Part shown: positions 60,380-64,000 of the stretch, in pieces
How the letters are laid out: every line of letters starts with the position of its first letter
Numbering within the stretch: position 1 is the stretch's first letter
Source: Seison nebaliae
Taxonomy: Eukaryota
NCBI GenBank assembly: GCA_023231475.1
Contig: JALJEE010001847.1
Location: forward strand, 1 to 64,000
Length of the DNA: 64,000 bases
Direction: 5' to 3'
Notes under the pieces: generated by a model
What the model was told of the DNA's origin: nothing
Databases searched by the model: none
The model's input: the letters and a program-made list of their open reading frames with translations, nothing else
Made by a program: the position numbers and the translations under genes

Positions 60380-60636
60380 ATTATATTTGTTTAATTTGTT
60401 TTTTTTTCTTTTTAGAAATTATGTTCCATAGAAGTTTTTTTCAGACCCTTTCCATTTCATTAGAAATTGAATAATTTTTGTTGAATTATTACGCAGCATT
60501 ATTTCTTAAAATAATTTTAGTTGAATCTTTTTCTAAATAAATTTGTTTATTATTTATCAAATTTTATTTAAATTATTTTATTTATGGAAGTTCGTTGGAA
60601 GAAATAAAATGATGAGGAATGATTTTTGAAGTGTCA

Positions 60637-61924
60637 TTATCTAAATTTTCTATTTAATCGTCTTCTATTCAAGAAGTATTTTAATAGAAAAATTATATTA
60701 AGGATTAATAAGCATTTATAGATGAGGAATATCGTCTGTTCACATGGTAAGAGACAACGAGCTACACTGAAATCGGTGGAAGTGAGAGAAACCATAATGA
60801 AGGAAGGACACTCAATATTCCGCCAACTATACGACGCTGCAGTCCATTCGTCAATCTGTTTAAACTGTCGATGACAATAGTAATGCGTGTGTGCGGTGAA
60901 TATGGCGTTCGGTCGGATCGTTTCTATAATCTGAGAAACATTTGGAAAATAATTTGAAATATTCTAATAAGATTCTTAACATAATCTGAAGCGTTTCTCG
61001 AGAGTACATCGAAATTTTCAGCCAAACCCGAATTCCTCCATCGACTTGGCATTTCATCTGGAAAATTCAAATTATCGTCACAATCTAATGCTTCCGATGT
61101 TCTGTAGAGTGGAAAGTGCTAAAAGAGAATAAGGAGGAGATAATTTCAAAGAATCTCCCAACGGAAAATAAAAAAGTTCGATTGAATTGTTTGTGAGACA
61201 TGGAGCCGTACTCTTTCAAATAATTGGCAACCGATTTCAGTTCAATTTCCGCTTCTGCACATAAAGTGCACGAATCTCTTTTGAATGCCATACTGTTAAG
61301 AGTGACGATGAAGAATGGGACGGGTGCGTGAGATTGTGAAGATATTTCATAAATGTGAACAAAATGATCCGATGACTTTTGCCCTCCGTTATCGAACAAG
61401 TTCTCGAATCGACGGATCTTCTTCTGATTCATAGAATCGTGAAATCCAACATCATGATTTCCAACCACCACAATATGGTTGTTTCCAGAATGTTTACGAA
61501 TATACTGAATTTGTCGATCTTCATATTTTGAACGGACATGATATTGAGATTGTAAATTAAATTTGGATTGAAACCGTTCGACGGTTTCTTTCCATTCGTT
61601 ATCCGAACACCATTTTCCTTCATCCGTAATGTCTCCGTTAAAGATGGTGAGATGGGGATAGAAGATGGTATTAGACGCCGAATAAGCCATAGACATCTGA
61701 TGTTCCCGTCTTAATCGATCGATCCAATGGCCGTGGACAGATCCCAGAAAATGAGTGTCGGCGATCACGAAGAAATGAAACGGTCTTTCTCCATAAATCG
61801 GTGCAGTGATATGCGGCCATTGACATCGGAAGAGGAAGACGAAATAATAGATAAAGATCTCATTCCACAAAATCGTCACCACCACACTAGTGATGATAAG
61901 TTTCAACAAATAAATAAATCTCAT
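60637..61924 (-). CDS. MPPE1: Metallophosphoesterase 1 (PGAP5/Cdc1-like), 3 exons
   Basis: IADTHFLG, DRLRRE, GDITDEG, GNHDVGFH, SHFPLYR, AHTH, SYSWRN. Introns 61119-61162 and 60931-60980. Confidence 0.9.
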
Positions 61925-62306
61925 TTCATTCTTCAAATAAATTAAATGTTCTCCTGTTCTCCAATGGACATATATTTCTCACACTCTTCTTTTCGCTCAT
62001 TTTTCACTATCCGAACCAAAGCCTTACCCAACAACAACAACAACAAATTAACACATTAATTTTTATTCAAATTCAAATAAACAATTTCTCTTATTCACTC
62101 ACCAGAAACTTCTGCCAACCTCACGTTTTATTAGAAATATTTCCTTCACAAAAGAAGATACTTCAAAAAGTTCATCAATTCGTGATAGACTTCACAAATC
62201 GACTGTTTTCTATATTCCCTATCAATCCAATTTTTCAAGGTACCTTTTTCAATTTTTTAATAACTTCATTGACTTAATGTTTCCTGTCCACTATATGTAT
62301 TATCAT

Positions 62307-62332
62307 TCATTTCCATCTATAGATGGAAATGA
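62307..62332. other. Perfect 26-bp palindrome
   Basis: TCATTTCCATCTA/TAGATGGAAATGA. Confidence 0.8.
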
Positions 62333-63383
62333 TATACATCCTCATAAAAGGATATTTGGTGAGGAAATACTTTAAAATTCTTGATAATCTTGTTAATACA
62401 ATTAACGTCATCGAATTCGAATGATGGTAGAAGGTAATTAAAAAAGATCATTATCTCATTTCAAAATCGAACCATAATTATATATGGTTCGATAGATCAT
62501 TCTTCTCTTTTCCATTATCTCCAAGAGGAAGGTAAGTCGTAGTGTTTGAGAAATTAATGGAAGAACAACAATTAAGATAAAACATAAATAAATCAGAAAT
62601 GGAACAACTTCAATTTAGCTTCCAACTAAAAATTAATTTAACAAATTTAACCTTTTCCAAACAATAGGTCCATATATAATATACATTGTATATGGTTAGT
62701 GATTATTTTACGTAATGATAGAAAGACGTTTTTTGACGAATGAAAAGCTTCTTTTTAGTATGTAAAACTTTTGATCTTTATTAAGTTCCACTCTTATTAA
62801 CGTTCAGCTTAAACTAGGCGACACTCTAACTTATATAAGTTTTTTGTATTAAATATATCGATATCTTCATCTTATTATAAATAAATAGTCTTAAAATAAA
62901 AAATTCAAAAAATTGAAAATGTTTTCCAAAATATTATAATTCGATATGAGAGGAATGTTTTTATCTCACATGAGTGAGAATATTTGAAAGAAAAGTAACA
63001 AAACACGTCCTTATCAGAAAAGGAGTATACAAATCTATAACCTACATATATTTTATTATTTATAAATCAAATATCACAGTAGAAAAACGGTTAAGTGACA
63101 GTGAGTATATGAAAAAAATTTACAGTTTATCTTTTGTCAAGAGTTCGAATGGTGGATAAGAAATTGAAATTATGTGGGGAACAATTTGGAAAACGGAAAT
63201 TTAGTTAGTTTGTAGAGAATCGGAAAGGCGAAATCTTTAACTTTTTTTTTCAAGAAAATTAAGCATTTGAAAATTTCGATTTTGTTTTCTTTTCCTTCTT
63301 CTTTCTTCTCCTTTAGTTTTCCTCGCTTAATACGTTAGTTGACTCTACTAAAAATCTAGGTGCCTTTGCTATTTTGTTACGTT

Positions 63384-64000
63384 ATGTCCAGGAGAGAAGT
63401 AGTTCAGTACTTGACGAACAATCGTTCAATGATAGACCTGTTTAGAGGATTAGAGATTTTACGACGTTCTCTCAGAAGCAGTCATAAAGCCATTCAAGAA
63501 TTGTCGGCCGATAACACCTTCGATCACGATACCATTGAGCGATTGTTGAAGATTAGCACGAAAATTTATAAATGTCGAACGAAATATGAAATATTTACCG
63601 ACGCTATTCTTGAAATGAACGGTAATAGTAACATAGAGATAACGAGATGTATAACACATGATTTGAATAATATCAACTTGAATTTCACTCAAGATATGGA
63701 TCAAATAAAAAAAGAGTTGTTATTCCGTTCGACCAATTTCGAGAAATTGAATGTGAGCTATCCTCTCATTGAGTCAGGTACTGACGACAGGGCAAATCCA
63801 TACACAGAATTCGATAAAGAATGTTCCGGTCATAAACGTAACAAGAATGACATGGAAAAGAAGATGAATGAAATAAATAAGAATTTTGAGAAGATTGAAG
63901 ATTTTGGGAAGATCGACAATTTTGCGCCAACTGAAAATTTTGAGCAGAACGAAAATTTTGGGAAAAATAATATATTTATGAAGAATGAACAATATGACCA
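63384..64000 (+). CDS. Unknown ORF running off the window end (absent from the ORF track)
   Basis: ATG 63384, MSRREVVQYLTNNRSMIDLFRGLEIL..., stop-free for 205 codons to the window edge. Confidence 0.5.
   Translation, partial: MSRREVVQYLTNNRSMIDLFRGLEILRRSLRSSHKAIQELSADNTFDHDTIERLLKISTKIYKCRTKYEIFTDAILEMNGNSNIEITRCITHDLNNINLNFTQDMDQIKKELLFRSTNFEKLNVSYPLIESGTDDRANPYTEFDKECSGHKRNKNDMEKKMNEINKNFEKIEDFGKIDNFAPTENFEQNENFGKNNIFMKNEQYD

Overview
AT-rich, gene-dense eukaryotic (animal) DNA with very short spliceosomal introns. It is probably a compact-genome invertebrate, possibly a rotifer-related spiralian; this is inference only. Reconstructed genes: PRMT5, a PDZ-RGS-C1-DH-PH RhoGEF (RhoGEF2/ARHGEF11-12 type), a PAK kinase, DBT, COQ8, UGCG, CFAP100, UROC1, a LIV-1 ZIP transporter and MPPE1. 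The window also holds several unknown ORFs, one tRNA-Glu(TTC), three identical tRNA-Ser(CGA), a decayed non-LTR retrotransposon, a foldback-like inverted repeat array and microsatellites. Two observations stand out. (1) Two intronless paralogs (12333-13445 and 42845-43852) fuse a barrier-to-autointegration-factor (BAF)-like helix-hairpin-helix domain to a long protamine-like K/S/R tail and a shared C-terminal GCPKxLxCxC motif, a candidate new class of chromatin-condensing protein. (2) The splice code is unusual: 45 of 51 introns I reconstructed by hand in the eight recognisable intron-containing genes begin GTT, none begins GTAAGT, and 45 of 51 are 39-55 nt long. All homology calls come from motif recognition by eye, not database searches.
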